The translations under genes and the position numbers were made by a program. Shown here piece after piece: positions 1 through 11,069 of a stretch of 64,000 nt of DNA; the first letter of the stretch is position 1; every line of letters begins with the position of its first letter. The notes beneath the pieces are model-generated. The model saw only the letters and a program-made list of their open reading frames with translations, was not told the origin of the DNA and did not search any database. The stretch is from positions 185,854 through 249,853 of the IMG/VR virus record IMGVR_UViG_3300025000_000053; one strand, written 5' to 3'.

Positions 1-16
1 TATTAAGAGATCTGAA

Positions 17-3000
17 ATGTATATTACAGGTGGTGTTATTGATGTAGTTAGAAGGATTGGTGATAATACCTCTGACTTTACACAAAAACCAAAAGATGAT
101 AATAGAAGTAATATATTTGATAATTCAGATAATGTTGTTATGCCAGTAAGAGTAGATGGTGTTACTTCAGTTAGAATTGTTGGTTCGGATAGACCAATTC
201 CTATTTATTTTAATATGAATATGAATCAAAATCAACGTAGAAGTAATTCATTTAATAATAATATATCAGGATTGCCTAATTCAATTAATACGGGAAATAA
301 TAATTATTTAGTTTCTTCATTAACGAATGCACTTGATATATTTGATACAGAAAATGATAAAGAAGAAGAAAATAAACGAATAGAAAAAGAAAGAGAAAAA
401 GAATTATATCAAAACCAACTCGAAGTTTCTAAAAAAACATCAGGGTTCTTAATAGCTCAAAATAATTTAAGAAATGAAAAAGATTTTACTAGAAATAATG
501 AAATAAGACAGACATCATTATTGCAACAAATTGCAAATATATCAAAAAATCAACATGAAAGTTGGTTATCACTATTTGGTAAGAAAGGTATTTTAACAGT
601 TGCCTTTTTATTAACACTACCATATTTAGAAAAAATATTTAAATGGATTAAGGGATTTTTTGGTGGTGATGATGATACTGGTATTGGAGGTGGTATATCT
701 ACTGTTGTTAAAAAGGCATTAGGTTTAATAGAAAAAAACGATGGTAGTCGTAAAGATGCTGAAGATAAAGATATTATAAATGCTCAGGGTAGAGAAAGTT
801 ATATTAAAGGTACCGCTGTTTTAGCAAGAAGATATAGTCCTAAGTTAGTAAAAGCAATAGAAAAAGGTAAAGATAAAATAGCGAATTCTAATATTGTAAA
901 AAATGTTACTAGATATGGTTCAAATTTAAAAAATGCTTTTAATCCATCAAGTACTGTCAGAGGTGGAACTATTGATGCATCTTTCAAGGTTACTGATGAT
1001 ACTGGTAAAATAATTAAAGAAGTTACTGTAAATGATTCAAATAAAATTATTCAAGCTATTAAGAATACTTTTGAGAGATTTTTTAATAATTCATTTGTTA
1101 AGAAACTATTAGGTTCATCTGCTGGTAAAATAGCTAGTAAAATAATAAATGAAGTTACTAAAGTATTAAATTATAAGACTATGTTTAATAATATGGCTAA
1201 ATTATCAAAGGCTTTTTTAAGAACAGGTGTTATTATGTTTGCTGCCCCTGTAATAATATCTTGGGATTTAGCTACAGGTGCCTATGAAGCATCAAGAATA
1301 TTTAAAGTTGCAAATGAATCTGTTGATGGTAAAATGCAAATAGCTTCTTCTGTAACTAAAGCATTAATAGGATTCTTCCCAGTAATTGATATTTTATCAG
1401 AAATATTTAATGAGCAGACTGGTATGAGTTTAAAACAATATGTTGCAACAACTATTTATTCAATGTTAGCATCAACAGAAGAAATTAAAAAATTAGAAGT
1501 AGATAAAAAAGCTTTTGAGCAAGATAAAAATGAGTATAATGAAAAAAATAAAACTAAACTATCATTAAATGCATATAATGATATGAAAAATAAAACGTTC
1601 TTCCAGAAATTTATTAGTAATCCCTTATCAAAAACTAAAGATTTTATTGTGAAAACAGGAAGCAGTATCAGTAATAGTCTATCTGAAAATTGGGATAATT
1701 TTAAAGGTGGTTTTAGTAAAGGTTTTAAAATGATGGGTGATGATGTTTCTAATGCAATGTCTAAAACACCTGAAATGATTAAAACATTTAAGGATACATT
1801 ATCTAAAAATTGGAAAGAACTAAAAGATAATAGCGAAAAACAATGGAATAATATGAAAGGCTTTGTTTCTAAATCTTTAAAGGATACTAATAATACGTTG
1901 GGTATATTATTTGGATATAAAGATGAAGAAGGAAATGATGTTAGTTTTACAGAAGGATTTAATAAAGGATTTAAAGGACTTATAAAAAGCATTAGAGATA
2001 GTTGGAAAGATATTGGTGATGGTGCTAAATTTTATTGGGATAATACAAAAGCATTCACAGAAAGAAAATGGAAAGAATTAAGTGAGAAATTACCAAAGGC
2101 ATTTGAAAGTTTAGATAACTGGTTAGGTGAACTATTAGGATTTAAAGATAATGATGGTAATACATTATCTCTATCTGATTTTGCTAGTAAGCAATTTAAT
2201 ACTATTAAGAAATACTTATCCAATGGAAAAGGTTCATCGACATATTCTAGTGGAAAGGGTGGTAATGGAAACGGTGGGTTTGGTGAAGAACCTAATCAAC
2301 TTAATAATTTCACTTATTATTCACAATATGATGATAGATGGGGAAAAACAACATATGATTTAAGTAAAGGACATTCATCACAACCCACATTATCAGCCAG
2401 AGGTTGTGGTCCAACTTCTATGGCTATGGTTGTGAGTCAATTAACAGGTAAGAGATATGAACCACCTCAATTAGCTAAGATAGCTCAAGAAGGTGGATAC
2501 AGTACAAATGATGGAACAACCTGGGGATATTTTAATAAAGTTGCTAAAGATTTTAGTTTAGATACATCAACTGTTAATCCATCTAATACAATAAATTATC
2601 TTAATAATGGTATGCCTGTAATTCTATCTGGTAAAAGAGATAAATATTCATTTAATGATTCTCCATTTACGCCTGGTGGACATTATGTTGTTGCTGTTGG
2701 AAGAGATGAAAAGGGAAATATTTTAATAAATGATCCTAGAGGTTCTAAATTTTCTAAACCATATAATTATAATAAAGTAATTAAAGAAGCTCGACAAGGT
2801 TGGGCTTTTAGTTATAATGGTGGAATATTACCACCTAATATAGTTTCTTCTGATAATTCAAATAGTTCTAATAAAAAACTATCTACACTAGATTTATTTG
2901 CAAAAATGATAGAAGCATTTACATTATATGAGGAAAATAAAAGATTAGGGACAAATAAAAAATTATCATGGGATGATATTGAGGGTACTAGTAATGATTT

Positions 3001-4234
3001 TAATGTTTCAGTAACTACAACTAATGATTCTAATAGTTTAACTAATTTTGTACCTAAAACTTTACAAGAATCTATTTTAAAGAAAACATTAGAATTATCA
3101 ATAGGTTCAGAATCATCAGGTGATTATACTAGTTCTAATAATGATATTAATGCATCAACAGGCAAAAAAATTTCTCCATCAATAGGTATTTTACAATGGA
3201 GAGGTAATAATGCTAAAACTTTAATGCAAAAAATGTATGAACAACTACCTGGTAATAGTGAGGCGAATTATTTTGCCAATCAAGTAGATTGGGGTAATAA
3301 AAGTCCTTGGAATGATATTCAAAGAGCAAGATTGAAAAAATACCTTGGAGATAATTTAAGTGTAAGTCAAAAAGTTCAAAATGAAATGGCATTATCACAT
3401 ATTAGAGATACAAATTTAGCACCAGTTTATAAATATGGTGTTAATACCAATAAAATAAAAGATCCGAGATCAATAGCATTTCTTGCTGATTTTGCTAATA
3501 CAGGACCAGCTCTTGTTAAACCATTTTTAGATAAATATAATCCAAATAATGGTGGAAAACCTGAATTTGAACATTTTATGGATGAATTTAAGAATAAGAG
3601 TTATTGGGGTAATAAAGGGATTTATGCTAGTAGAATAAAAAACACTTATTCTAAATTATCTGGATGGACTCCTGAAGTTGGTGGTAATGGTAGTTTTAAT
3701 ATATCATCTAATTTTGATAAAACTGCTGGTGGTTTTGGTGGAGAAGAACAAATTATACTCAATAGTAATAAAATTAATTTAGAAAGATTTACAGGTGGAT
3801 TAGGTGATTTATCAACATCTATTTCTAATAAATATAAAGGTGAAAACCTCGGAATTAATCGTAATATATTTGAAAGTTTAAATAATGGAACAGGTGAATA
3901 TATTACTAATAATAGTAATAATACACAAAGTTCAAATATATCAATAAATGAAATTGTTACTGTTTTAAAAGAAATTGCAATAAATACTAACACTACATCA
4001 AAAGGTATTAATGAATTAACTAATAAAGAAATAATAATTAATGTAGAAAATAAACCAAGTATAAATGATAATAACCAAAATAATACTATTAATCTAAATT
4101 CACAACAACCTAAAAACGCAACATTTGTCAGTCCGTTTTTTCAATCTATGAATGAAAGAAGTAATACTGGAAATAGTAAGGAACAACGAGAATATACAAT
4201 AGCTAAAAAAATAGCCGGTGGGAGAGTTAATTAA
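17..4234 (+). CDS. Tail tape-measure / tail-associated lysin with C39-like peptidase and lysozyme-like domains (probably 5'-truncated by the window edge)
   Basis: Long helical Ala/Gly/Lys-rich region. C39-like motifs YYSQYDDRW..GCGPTSMAMV..GHYVV..INDP (about 2300-2820). Second domain GSESSGDY..SIGILQW (about 3060-3670). Frame is open upstream of position 17. Confidence 0.75.
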   Translation: MYITGGVIDVVRRIGDNTSDFTQKPKDDNRSNIFDNSDNVVMPVRVDGVTSVRIVGSDRPIPIYFNMNMNQNQRRSNSFNNNISGLPNSINTGNNNYLVSSLTNALDIFDTENDKEEENKRIEKEREKELYQNQLEVSKKTSGFLIAQNNLRNEKDFTRNNEIRQTSLLQQIANISKNQHESWLSLFGKKGILTVAFLLTLPYLEKIFKWIKGFFGGDDDTGIGGGISTVVKKALGLIEKNDGSRKDAEDKDIINAQGRESYIKGTAVLARRYSPKLVKAIEKGKDKIANSNIVKNVTRYGSNLKNAFNPSSTVRGGTIDASFKVTDDTGKIIKEVTVNDSNKIIQAIKNTFERFFNNSFVKKLLGSSAGKIASKIINEVTKVLNYKTMFNNMAKLSKAFLRTGVIMFAAPVIISWDLATGAYEASRIFKVANESVDGKMQIASSVTKALIGFFPVIDILSEIFNEQTGMSLKQYVATTIYSMLASTEEIKKLEVDKKAFEQDKNEYNEKNKTKLSLNAYNDMKNKTFFQKFISNPLSKTKDFIVKTGSSISNSLSENWDNFKGGFSKGFKMMGDDVSNAMSKTPEMIKTFKDTLSKNWKELKDNSEKQWNNMKGFVSKSLKDTNNTLGILFGYKDEEGNDVSFTEGFNKGFKGLIKSIRDSWKDIGDGAKFYWDNTKAFTERKWKELSEKLPKAFESLDNWLGELLGFKDNDGNTLSLSDFASKQFNTIKKYLSNGKGSSTYSSGKGGNGNGGFGEEPNQLNNFTYYSQYDDRWGKTTYDLSKGHSSQPTLSARGCGPTSMAMVVSQLTGKRYEPPQLAKIAQEGGYSTNDGTTWGYFNKVAKDFSLDTSTVNPSNTINYLNNGMPVILSGKRDKYSFNDSPFTPGGHYVVAVGRDEKGNILINDPRGSKFSKPYNYNKVIKEARQGWAFSYNGGILPPNIVSSDNSNSSNKKLSTLDLFAKMIEAFTLYEENKRLGTNKKLSWDDIEGTSNDFNVSVTTTNDSNSLTNFVPKTLQESILKKTLELSIGSESSGDYTSSNNDINASTGKKISPSIGILQWRGNNAKTLMQKMYEQLPGNSEANYFANQVDWGNKSPWNDIQRARLKKYLGDNLSVSQKVQNEMALSHIRDTNLAPVYKYGVNTNKIKDPRSIAFLADFANTGPALVKPFLDKYNPNNGGKPEFEHFMDEFKNKSYWGNKGIYASRIKNTYSKLSGWTPEVGGNGSFNISSNFDKTAGGFGGEEQIILNSNKINLERFTGGLGDLSTSISNKYKGENLGINRNIFESLNNGTGEYITNNSNNTQSSNISINEIVTVLKEIAINTNTTSKGINELTNKEIIINVENKPSINDNNQNNTINLNSQQPKNATFVSPFFQSMNERSNTGNSKEQREYTIAKKIAGGRVN

Positions 4235-4249
4235 AAATAAAACCAAAAA

Positions 4250-4261
4250 AACATAATGATA
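4250..4261 (+). promoter_or_regulatory. Late promoter motif AACA-N6-TA (representative; 15 copies listed in findings)
   Basis: AACAtaatgaTA upstream of a tail gene. Confidence 0.6.
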
Positions 4262-4318
4262 AGATATTTAATTATATCTTCCATTATGTTTTTTAGATAT
4301 TTGAGGAGGTAAAAAATA

Positions 4319-6076
4319 ATGCGACAAGAAGTTAAAGTAGTAACTAAATCAAATTTAAATATACGTTCCGCAGCCGGAACAACTAACTCAGTAGTTGGTT
4401 CATTGACTCCTGGTTCAATAGTTATGGTTACAGGGATAGTCGATATTGGTACTCAAACATGGTATAAGCTAGACGATGGTAGAGGATGGATTTGTGGATA
4501 TAACCCAGGTGGTGGTGGAAATGGTGTTTATCTTGAATTAATTAGAGATTTAAATAATTTACCAGAAGTATCAATAACACCAGTACCGAATGATTCATCT
4601 ACCGGAACAGTTAGTGAAACTAGTAGTACTGCAACTAGTTTAGGTTTAGATCAAGCAATAATTACAATGTTATATAATCAGGAAAGAAGTAAAATTAAAA
4701 AAATATCTGCATCGACTAGATTATTTGGTTCACCCTTTCAATTTATTAAACAAACTGATTTTAGAATTAATGAATTAGATTTAGGTAGAAAATATTTAGA
4801 AAATATAATAGCTGAATCACCAATTGTTTTTTTTACTCCTGGTAGACCAAACTATTTACCTAATGTGTCATCCTCACAAAAAGAAGCACTACAAAAGTTT
4901 TTTACTAATATGCAAACTAATGAATCTACTTCTAAAAACATACTGAATGAAATAACTGGTAGTGATGATGTACGTTATTTTGATTTTATTAATGATTTTG
5001 CTGAATATATGAGATATGCTAATTTATTATGTAGAATGTGTGCTATATATCTAGGTATTGAAGATAAAAAAGCCTTTGGAACAAGCACAACATATAAGTA
5101 TTATGACTGGACTGATTATAAATATAAAACAGGCTATGTATCTAAAAATACCGAAGGTTCTAATAAATCTGTATTTTCTCTAGAATCTGTATCTGATGAT
5201 GCATTTGAATTAATGTTTGGTAACTATAACTATATACAATTTTATGTAGAACCAAACACTTCATTTAGTGAATCTATGGGAAGTAATACAACTAGTTCTA
5301 AATTAGAGTCTATGTTTGAAACGGGACAGGGTATAATGAAAGAACTTTCTTTCTTAACAAATGCTGCCGCTTTATCAGGTGTTGATGAAGCAACTAAATC
5401 TTTTGGTGTAAATATGGAAGAAATAACACAAAAAATGGTTAATAATAATGGTGAAGGTTTCTTTTCTAGATTACTAGGAATGTCTTCAGCTGTTTTAAAA
5501 GGTTCAAATATTTTATTTCCAGAAATTTGGCAAGATTCAAATTATAATAAATCATATAATGTAACTATTAATCTAGTTTCACCTTATGGTGATAAAGAAA
5601 GTTTATATTTAAATATTTTAGTTCCATTAATGCATATATTAGCTTTAAGTTTACCCCGTCAATCTACAGCAAATAGTTTCTCTCACCCTTTCTTAGTTAA
5701 AGCTTTTAGTAAAGGTTGGTTCTCATGTGAGATGGGAATAATTGATTCAGTTCAAATTGATAAAGGTGGTAGTGGGGATGCCTGGACTGTTGATGGTTTA
5801 CCATCAGAAATGAAAGTTACTATTGGTATAAAAGATCTTTATTCTAACTTAATGATAACACCTACAACTAAACCAACTTTATTTTTTGAAAACCAAGGGA
5901 TGATAGATTTCTTAGCTGTAATGTGTGGTATAGATTTAACTAAACCTAACTTCTTAATTAAATTAGAATCGATGTTTTCAGTATTTTTTGGTAAAGTTAT
6001 AAACTTACCTCAAGAGGCTTACAACGATGTTATTCAAAACCTTAGGGAAAAAATTTTACCATTATTCCGTATTTAA
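4319..6076 (+). CDS. Virion tail/baseplate protein with N-terminal SH3b domain
   Basis: LNIRSAAGTTNSVVGSL..WYKLDDGRGWI is SH3b-like. Follows the tape-measure gene and has a late promoter motif at 4250. Confidence 0.65.
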   Translation: MRQEVKVVTKSNLNIRSAAGTTNSVVGSLTPGSIVMVTGIVDIGTQTWYKLDDGRGWICGYNPGGGGNGVYLELIRDLNNLPEVSITPVPNDSSTGTVSETSSTATSLGLDQAIITMLYNQERSKIKKISASTRLFGSPFQFIKQTDFRINELDLGRKYLENIIAESPIVFFTPGRPNYLPNVSSSQKEALQKFFTNMQTNESTSKNILNEITGSDDVRYFDFINDFAEYMRYANLLCRMCAIYLGIEDKKAFGTSTTYKYYDWTDYKYKTGYVSKNTEGSNKSVFSLESVSDDAFELMFGNYNYIQFYVEPNTSFSESMGSNTTSSKLESMFETGQGIMKELSFLTNAAALSGVDEATKSFGVNMEEITQKMVNNNGEGFFSRLLGMSSAVLKGSNILFPEIWQDSNYNKSYNVTINLVSPYGDKESLYLNILVPLMHILALSLPRQSTANSFSHPFLVKAFSKGWFSCEMGIIDSVQIDKGGSGDAWTVDGLPSEMKVTIGIKDLYSNLMITPTTKPTLFFENQGMIDFLAVMCGIDLTKPNFLIKLESMFSVFFGKVINLPQEAYNDVIQNLREKILPLFRI

Positions 6077-6090
6077 TAATAAAGGATGTT

Positions 6091-6756
6091 TTGATAATGA
6101 AAAAAAAGTTAAATGAATATTTAATAAAATATGGATTGATACCAAAAAATTTTAATGAAAGATTTTTATATCTTATTAAAGAATTAAAGTTATCAATAGA
6201 TGATATAAATGATATAAAAAAGAAGATACGAAAGATTATTAATGCTAAATGGGAGACAATAGATTTAGTATTTTATTTTTATCCAAAAGCTACACCAAGG
6301 GCACGTTATACAAGCTTTACTAAAACATTTTATGTTAAAGACGCATTTAATTATAGTATTTTATTTAAAGAATTTGTAGAGCAATCTGAAGATTTAGAAA
6401 AATTAATAACAACCCCTTGTAAATTTTATTGTGATCTATTTATACCAATGCCTTCTCAAATGAGTAAGAAAGAAAAAATATTATCTGAATTAAAATTATT
6501 ATATGCTTTACCAAGACCTGATTGGGATAATGCTGGTAAGACATATTCCGATATGGTTCAAAAGCATTTAATAATAGAAGATTGTCTTATAATTGATGGG
6601 AGAGTTAGAAAATTTTATTCAATTAAACCGAGGATAGAAATGAGAATAGAATATATGGAAAAGTATGATTGTTTATTTAATAAGAAAAGAGTAGAAAAAT
6701 GGAAAGTTTATAAGGATAATGAAGATAAAATAATACAAAAAGATAATATATGCTAA
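6091..6756 (+). CDS. rusA: RusA-like Holliday junction resolvase
   Basis: PKATPRAR..RPDWDNAGKTYSDMV..EDCLI..RKFYSIKPRIE matches the RusA acidic motif pattern. Likely start is the ATG at 6097. Confidence 0.75.
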   Translation: MIMKKKLNEYLIKYGLIPKNFNERFLYLIKELKLSIDDINDIKKKIRKIINAKWETIDLVFYFYPKATPRARYTSFTKTFYVKDAFNYSILFKEFVEQSEDLEKLITTPCKFYCDLFIPMPSQMSKKEKILSELKLLYALPRPDWDNAGKTYSDMVQKHLIIEDCLIIDGRVRKFYSIKPRIEMRIEYMEKYDCLFNKKRVEKWKVYKDNEDKIIQKDNIC

Positions 6757-6789
6757 ATAAAAATTAATTATTATGTAAACAACCAATTA

Positions 6790-7155
6790 GTGAATAAAAT
6801 AAAGGGGGGTATAAGAATGAATCTAACATCATTAGCTTTTATAGATGATGAAAATGTAACAGGAAATATTAAATCTGAACTAAAAAAAATAAAACAAAAT
6901 AAAAGATTTATTAATACAAATAATATTTTAGATAATTTATTTATAGTATTAAGTCAAAAATATCAACAGAATATACAAAGAACAGAATATGGTGTTACAA
7001 TAAAATTGAATAGTATCATTAAATCAAATAATATTATTCAAGAAATAAGAAATATTATTGAATCATTTATTAATATAGATATAAATATTGATCTTTTATT
7101 TAAATTTATAGTTGAAAATAAAAATATTAGAGTTAAAATAAAACGAAATGTATAA
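6790..7155 (+). CDS. Hypothetical protein
   Basis: ORF with GGGGG SD before an internal ATG; followed by a 40-bp palindrome. Confidence 0.5.
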   Translation: MNKIKGGIRMNLTSLAFIDDENVTGNIKSELKKIKQNKRFINTNNILDNLFIVLSQKYQQNIQRTEYGVTIKLNSIIKSNNIIQEIRNIIESFINIDINIDLLFKFIVENKNIRVKIKRNV

Positions 7156-7185
7156 TAGATAGTATATACTATCTATTATACATTT
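7146..7185. terminator. 40-bp perfect palindrome between convergent genes (bidirectional terminator candidate)
   Basis: aaatgtataatagatagtat|atactatctattatacattt, followed by a T-run. Confidence 0.7.
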
Positions 7186-7191
7186 TTTTTG

Positions 7192-8391
7192 TTAATGAAT
7201 TAGTTTTTCAGAAATTTTACGAATTGTATCATGAGAATATTGTTCAAGTTGAACAGTATATAATAATTCCATTAATGTATACTTAGTGATAGCTTCAGCT
7301 AGAACTAAATCCATATTAATATTATACTCTTCATCTTTTATAAAGCCTTCGTCAGGTTTAGTTTGATTTATTTCATCTTCAAGACTATATTCTCCTTTAG
7401 AAACATCCTTAGTAGTAGTTCTGACTTTAAAATCATCATAGTATTCTTTTTCTCTTTTTTCTTCGTCTGCAAACCCAGGTATTAAACTAGAAATTGATTC
7501 TAAAATTTCCTTATAAGAGTGTCTTAATAAAGCATTGAATAAGGTTGTTTCTTCAATGGGGTTTTTATTAACTATAATTTTATTTAAACATTCTTTAACA
7601 TCTTGTTCATTTGGAGTGTTACCATCTGTATCGGCAAGTTTATCACTAACATCATCTTCAATGTCTTTAATTAATTCTTCTTCTTTTTCCTGCCTTTGTT
7701 TTTCATCTTGTACAACAGTTAATACTTTATTTTTAACTAAATTAGATAATTCATCAATACCCAATTTAGATTTATCTAAATCAAAAGTTTCTTTTTCCTC
7801 ATCATCTAATTCAAAGTTTAAAATATTTAAACTATTTTCTTTATCCGCATTACTGTTACATTCTTTAATTTTCCTTTTACATGTCCGTTTAGTTGTTGTT
7901 TCACATAAAGAACGAATTGATTTTAATATAGGTGAATCTGTTTTGATAATTGAATTTTCAAGTAGTTTATATCCTCCATTGTTATCAATATATTTATCAG
8001 TTACAAATTTGAGATTTTCATAATTCTCCATAATAAATTTATCGTCTATATGGAGCGATTTTTTAAATAATTCAAATAAAATTTCTTTAAAAATTATATC
8101 TTTACCAGTACGACTAAGTGAATCTATTTTATTTAAAATTTGCGACTCAAGGATTTGTCTTTTAACTACAGGCTCATAGGATTTTCTTTGATTAAATAAC
8201 TCCTCTGATTTTTTAGCTCTATTATTAATTAATTCACAATGCTCATGAATAATACGATTTTCTAAAAAATCAAAAACACACATATTATTAGCTTTTTTAG
8301 AAATATCTGAAGATTCTTTAATACCAATAGAAAAAGGTTCTACTTTTCTTTCAGCCTTATTAAAAATACTCATATTGATAACTCCTTTCAT
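7192..8391 (-). CDS. Probable virion protein with hydrophobic-x-E processing-like motifs
   Basis: Acidic/coiled-coil ORF with a late motif at 8407-8418; contains GIKES and EILES motifs. Confidence 0.5.
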   Translation of the reverse strand: MKGVINMSIFNKAERKVEPFSIGIKESSDISKKANNMCVFDFLENRIIHEHCELINNRAKKSEELFNQRKSYEPVVKRQILESQILNKIDSLSRTGKDIIFKEILFELFKKSLHIDDKFIMENYENLKFVTDKYIDNNGGYKLLENSIIKTDSPILKSIRSLCETTTKRTCKRKIKECNSNADKENSLNILNFELDDEEKETFDLDKSKLGIDELSNLVKNKVLTVVQDEKQRQEKEEELIKDIEDDVSDKLADTDGNTPNEQDVKECLNKIIVNKNPIEETTLFNALLRHSYKEILESISSLIPGFADEEKREKEYYDDFKVRTTTKDVSKGEYSLEDEINQTKPDEGFIKDEEYNINMDLVLAEAITKYTLMELLYTVQLEQYSHDTIRKISEKLIH

Positions 8392-8426
8392 ATACCCGTT
8401 AATTTTTATTATATTGTTTTTAGTAT

Positions 8427-11069
8427 CTATATTATTTCTATATTGATATCATCAATATCAATAGTTAAATACTCTGGTATAAAATTCATTAGTTCTTCTT
8501 TAGATAAAGTTGACATATCAACAGTTTTATTTTCTATAACCTGTATAGAAGAATCATAATCATTTATTTTAACAAATTTAAGATAATTAACTTCTCTAAT
8601 ATTTGTTTGTATTGCTGTAATTAAATTAGATATATATAGTGAATTATTACCTTTGATATTTATACTTTCAATATATTTCTTAATATAAGTTTTTAATTTT
8701 TTTATTAAACCATCATCATCATTATCAATAATCGGGTTTACTTTAAACCAAATCTTACAATTAACTTTATCTAATAAAATTTTTTCTTCTCCTGCTACAA
8801 AATTTTTAGAAAACCCATAAGTATTATAAAATTTAACATCAATCGAATAATTATTTGTAATTAAATTAATTACATCATCCATATTTTTATATTGTAAAAA
8901 TAATCTGTGAATAAAATCATTATATTTATCGGTATCTTTCATTGTATCAGCTTTTACAAGAGGGATAAAGTTTAAAAGCATATAATAATTTAATTCATCT
9001 ATTTGAACATATTTCATTCTACTTCTAATTAGACTTAGAGGTTTTATAAAATCAATTTTTTCATCTATAGTTGAATACATATTTGTTAATGAAAAATCTT
9101 GTAAATCTAGTATATGATTAAATTTATGATTCATGTTAACATCTGTATATTTATAAAACACATATATATTCATATTTGAATTATTCATCGGAATTATTTT
9201 TATTGATGGTTGACCCGTTAATATATCTTTAACATTAAGTACTCTAAACTTCTGATCTACTGTTATATAATCATCTGTTTGTAATAAAGTTTCGAAAGTA
9301 AATAAATTTAATTCTTCATCATATTTAGATAAAGTAAAATCAACATAACAAACTTCATTAATATCTGTAAAAACACCTATTACTTTAATAATTTGTGATA
9401 CCGCTGTAATAATATCAGTAAATTCATCAGTAACTATATTTAAATCAAATGTCGGTATTATAGTAGTAGATAATTTATATTCATCCTCTCCAATTAAAGC
9501 ATTTCTACCTATATTTAAATTATTACATATAAATTGAACTATAGAATTACTATTAACATACGAATAATCTAATTGTATTGTTTTTATTATAGAATTTAAA
9601 AAGAATCCCACTATAGCTGGTCTTTTTGTAACTGTTATTAAAAATGGATTCGTATATATGAAATCATAATTTAAAATTGTTAAATCATCATTAATTGTTT
9701 TTAATGGTATTATTTCACCAGTATCTATACTTTCATCAATATATTTAAATAAATGACCAGGTTTTAATAAAAGTCTATTCCCTTGTTCATATTCTAAATC
9801 AAAATCTAAAGGTTTTATTTTTAAATGTAATGTATTTGTACTATATATATTTTCATCTATTCCTTTACTTAGTATAAAAGAACCAAATAATCTTTCAAAT
9901 GGATCATTTCTTCGTTTAGTGAATAATATATCTGCTCCATATTTATATTTTAAGTTATCAAAATATAACTGTAAATCGTTCTCAGTAGTTAATGATTCTA
10001 CAGTTGAAAATTTTTTTACTGTATTTTGTTGTAATTCAGTTCTTGGTAAAATATCTAAACCTAATTTACTTTCAGTTTGTGTGATAGCGAATAAAATTAT
10101 ATTATTATTGTATTCATATTTCTCAGACTTAGGTATTACTGATATATTATTACCTTGATATAATGGAAAATTACCTTTACTCCCAATTGTATTAAATATA
10201 TAGATTTTTATCTCTGAATTAAATTTTGGTTGGAAATAATTTTCCAACGGTGTGAATGATATGTTAATTAGTTGACTATCTTTAGAAGAGTAATAACAGA
10301 ATGGTTCTTTTAAAGGAGGGGTATTAATTAATTTTTTTTGTAATTGAATAAATTGAGTAGAATCCGGTGATTTATAAAATATTTCAAAATTTGCCAGATA
10401 ATCACTAAATTCTATTGGGATTGTTGGATAATTTATTTTATCATTAGTTATAATATGTTCTGTTTTAATAAATTTATTCATTTGTTTAACCTTAACTGAT
10501 AAACATAAATATTTACTACCACTATAATTAATTCTTTTTATTTTAATATATGGATTATTAATATTACTAAGTGTATTATTGAAATCTAAATTATAATAAG
10601 CTACATAAATATATTCCCCAAGTTGTTTTGTAGCAATAATTTTAATATCATAATCTAACATGAACTGTATACCTTCTACATCTATAATCATATTTGAATC
10701 TAATATGAATTCAATAAATGTACCTTTATTTGTTCCTAATCTAATAACATCGTCTTCATTTACAAATAATACAATTCCCATTTCTGATGGTGTTGCAAAA
10801 ATATTATCTATTTGAAATAATGACGCATAATTATAAATTGACTCGGGTAAATCTGCTTTATTAGGAAAAATTTCAGGTATAAGTGTAGCTAAAGTATTGA
10901 AAGAGTCTTCACTAATTGTAGTTATCATTTCAGTTGCATATCCTAACAAACCGACATTGAGTTGATTAACATCATCTAAATTAAAATATTTTTTAATTAA
11001 ATTAAGAGAGAACTCTTTTATTGTATATCCACTACTATAATCCCTAATATTTTTAGCCATAATTATCAC
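8427..11069 (-). CDS. Baseplate wedge-like protein
   Basis: 880-aa beta-rich ORF in the tail cluster, resembling jumbo-phage baseplate wedge subunits in size and context. Likely start is the ATG at 11060. Confidence 0.55.
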   Translation of the reverse strand: MIIMAKNIRDYSSGYTIKEFSLNLIKKYFNLDDVNQLNVGLLGYATEMITTISEDSFNTLATLIPEIFPNKADLPESIYNYASLFQIDNIFATPSEMGIVLFVNEDDVIRLGTNKGTFIEFILDSNMIIDVEGIQFMLDYDIKIIATKQLGEYIYVAYYNLDFNNTLSNINNPYIKIKRINYSGSKYLCLSVKVKQMNKFIKTEHIITNDKINYPTIPIEFSDYLANFEIFYKSPDSTQFIQLQKKLINTPPLKEPFCYYSSKDSQLINISFTPLENYFQPKFNSEIKIYIFNTIGSKGNFPLYQGNNISVIPKSEKYEYNNNIILFAITQTESKLGLDILPRTELQQNTVKKFSTVESLTTENDLQLYFDNLKYKYGADILFTKRRNDPFERLFGSFILSKGIDENIYSTNTLHLKIKPLDFDLEYEQGNRLLLKPGHLFKYIDESIDTGEIIPLKTINDDLTILNYDFIYTNPFLITVTKRPAIVGFFLNSIIKTIQLDYSYVNSNSIVQFICNNLNIGRNALIGEDEYKLSTTIIPTFDLNIVTDEFTDIITAVSQIIKVIGVFTDINEVCYVDFTLSKYDEELNLFTFETLLQTDDYITVDQKFRVLNVKDILTGQPSIKIIPMNNSNMNIYVFYKYTDVNMNHKFNHILDLQDFSLTNMYSTIDEKIDFIKPLSLIRSRMKYVQIDELNYYMLLNFIPLVKADTMKDTDKYNDFIHRLFLQYKNMDDVINLITNNYSIDVKFYNTYGFSKNFVAGEEKILLDKVNCKIWFKVNPIIDNDDDGLIKKLKTYIKKYIESINIKGNNSLYISNLITAIQTNIREVNYLKFVKINDYDSSIQVIENKTVDMSTLSKEELMNFIPEYLTIDIDDINIEII

